Shown here piece by piece: positions 61,470 to 64,000 of a DNA stretch of 64,000 nt. Below the pieces are notes generated by a model. The model did no database searches and was not told the origin of the DNA. It saw nothing but the letters and a program-made list of their open reading frames with translations. The position numbers were made by a program, and so were the translations under genes. The stretch comes from Okamejei kenojei. Its lineage: Eukaryota. Where the stretch lies: assembly GCA_035221665.1 (NCBI GenBank), contig CM069131.1, positions 8,060,001 through 8,124,000 of the forward strand. The letters are read 5' to 3'. The stretch's first letter is position 1. Each line of letters starts with the position of its first letter.

Positions 61470-62080
61470 TTAGTTTAGTTTAGTTAAGATTAGCTTAGTG
61501 ATACAACGCGGAAACAGGCCCTTTGGCCCAACGGGTCCACAGTGATCCCCGCACATTAACACTATCCTACCCACTAGGGACAATTTACACTTACACCAAG
61601 AAAATTAACCTACAAACCTGTACGCCTTTGGAGTGTGGGAGGAAACCGAAGATCTCGGAGAAAACCCACGCGGTCACGGGGAGAACGTACCAACTCCGTA
61701 CAGCAGCACCCATAGTCGGGATCGAACCCGGGTCTCCGGTGCTGCATGCGCTGTAATGCCCCTGTCCCACTTAGGAAACCTGAACGGAGACGTCTGGAGA
61801 CTTTGCGCCCCACCCGAGGTTTCGGGTGCGGTTCCCGGAGGTTCCCGGAGGTTTTTGTCAGTCTCCCTAATGGTCGAAAGTGGTTTCCGTTTTAAAAATC
61901 GGTAATTTTTTAGTCGAAGCCGGTTGCAATGCTAGTTGAGGGTGGTTGCCGGAGGACAGAAACCTCCGGGAACCGCACGGAAACCTTGGGTGGGGCGCAA
62001 AGTCTCCAGAGGTTTCCGTTCAGGTTTCCTAAGTGGGACGGGGGCATTAGGCTGCTACTTTACCGTTGCGCCACCGTACC
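61470..62080 (-). mobile_element. HE1-type V-SINE split by a Harbinger MITE
   Basis: The SINE head resumes after 62046. Confidence 0.85.
61757..62046. mobile_element. PIF/Harbinger MITE with ~100-bp TIRs
   Basis: TGCCCCTGTCCCACTTAGGAAACC... / ...GGTTTCCTAAGTGGGACGGGGGCA; TAA/TTA flanks. Confidence 0.88.
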
Positions 62081-62935
62081 ATCCCAAATTATTAGTGTTA
62101 TTAGTTATAAAGTATATTTGATCAAAATCCTTTTAGTTGGGAGATACAGCACGGAAATAGGCCCTTCAGCCCACACCATCAGTCACCCGCTCACACTAGC
62201 TCGATGTTATCCCCCTTTCCCATCCACTCCCTACGCACTCGGGGAAATTTATAGTCCAATTAACCTTTAAACCCCAAGAGATGTGGGAGGAAACCAGAGC
62301 ACCCAGAGGAAACCGACGTGGTCACAGGGAGAACATGCAAACTCCACCAGAGGTCAGGATTAAGCCCAGGTCTCCAGCGCTGTGAGGCAGCAGCTCTACC
62401 CACTGCACACGGTGCCACTCCTTTAAGGGTTTTCATCATCTTTACATAATTTACCTTCCCCGCTACCGTCTAAATCTTTCTCCGCAGCGCAGGAGGATGA
62501 GGGGTGATCTTATAGAGGTGTGTAAAATCATGAGAGGAATAGATCGGGTAGACGCACAGAGTCCCTTGCCCAGAGCAGGGCAATCGAGGACCAGAGGGCA
62601 TGGGTTTCAGGTGAAGGGCGAAAGATTTAATAGGAATCTGAGGGATAACTTTTTCACCCATTATGGGTGGCGCCTACATAGAATGGCAAGAGCTGATTTC
62701 CCCACCAGCTGTTAACTTATTTATCTGTCGGCAAGCTTAAAATCCGGTCCACAGTTAAGGCTAATACGCTCTCAGCTGCACAGTACATACAATGTTGCAT
62801 ATTATTATTGGTTAATGAACCTTCCATAGGCTTTGGTGTATTGTTGGTATTAGTTTAATATCCAGTCACATCATGTTATACATGAACACAATCAACCATA
62901 TGCAGGTACAACATGTAGCGCAAATAGGGAAAATA

Positions 62936-63270
62936 CCACGGTGGCGCAGCGGGAGAGTCGCTGCCTTACAGCGAATGCAGCGCCGGAGACCCGGGTTCGA
63001 TCCCGACTACGGGCGCTGTCTGCACGGGGTCTGTACGTTCTCCCCGTGACCTGGTTTCGATCCCGATTGTCTGTACTGAGTTTGTACATTCTCCCGGTGA
63101 CCGCGTGGGTTTCCTCCCACGCTCCAAAGGCGTACAGGTTTGTAGGTTAATAGGGCTTGGTAAACGTAACAAAATTGCCCCTAGTGGGTGTAGGATGGCG
63201 GGGATCGCTGGTCGGCGCGGACCCAACGGGCCGAAGGGCCTGTTTCTAAACTAAACTAAACTAAACTAAT
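62936..63270 (+). mobile_element. HE1-type V-SINE with internal duplication
   Basis: A/B boxes; the B-box/V segment is repeated; (CTAAA)n tail. Confidence 0.85.
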
Positions 63271-63667
63271 CCAGAGGGCAGAATATAGTTACAGCATTAG
63301 TGTGTTGCACTAGCAGAGAAAAACTCCAAGGTCCGCAATGAGGTCGATTGGAAGATCCTTAGCTTAACTAAGTGGATGACCCCACAATGGTCTGGTAACA
63401 GTGGGAAAGAAGCTGTTCTGGTGGCACGTGCTCTCAAGCATTTGTATCTTTTGCCCAACAGCAGAGAGAAGGAGGAATGACTGGGGTGAAAAGGTCCTTG
63501 ATTATATTTATGCTTTGGAACTTGCACTCCGAGACTGTTTCCAATTGAGAACCATTGATGCTGATTGGAGAGTGTACAATATTTTACATGCTGAAGTTGT
63601 TAACTAACTCCTTCATCTTATTGACATTTATGGAGAGGTTGACACCATATTACTAAGCTCTCTATCT

Positions 63668-64000
63668 CATAAGGTCATAAGTGATAGGAGTAGAATTAGG
63701 CCATTTGGCCCATCGTCTACTCCGCCATTCAATTATGGCTGATCTATCTCTCCCTCCTAACCCCATTCTCCTGCCTTCTCCCCATAACCTCTCATACCTC
63801 TGCTAATCAAGAATCTATCTATCTCTGCCTTAAAATGTCCACTGACTTGGCCGCCACAGCCTTCTGTGGCAAAGAATTCCACAGATTAACCGCCCTCTGA
63901 CTAAAGAAAATTATCCTCGTCTCCTTCTTAAAAGAACATCCTTTAATTCTGATGCTATGACCTCTTACTCCTAGACTCTCCCACTAGTGGAAACATCCTC
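63668..64000 (-). mobile_element. CR1/HER1 LINE 3' fragment, truncated by the window end
   Basis: Same tail as 1003-1230 and 8497-8722, continuing into coding sequence. Confidence 0.85.

Overview
Repeat-dense, apparently non-coding vertebrate DNA (intronic or intergenic). The HE1-type V-SINEs and their matching CR1/HER1 LINE tails point to a cartilaginous fish, probably a skate or ray (inference). I found no host protein-coding exon I can recognise; the ORFs I can interpret are decayed transposon pieces. These come from Rex1/Babar, CR1 and Tx1-like LINEs, Penelope-like elements, one rearranged Gypsy LTR element, and hAT, PIF/Harbinger and Helitron non-autonomous elements. There is an assembly gap at 38141-38821. 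The main signal is RNA structure. Two different short retroposon-like inserts (7294-7487 and 29070-29207, both minus strand) begin with an HDV-like double-pseudoknot ribozyme fold and end in a (GAA)n tail. The first has a core nearly identical to the mammalian CPEB3 ribozyme as I recall it. In addition, many Penelope-derived tails carry a minimal type-I hammerhead motif, often at the centre of fold-back inversions. All folds were worked out by eye, activity is untested, and most repeat boundaries are approximate.
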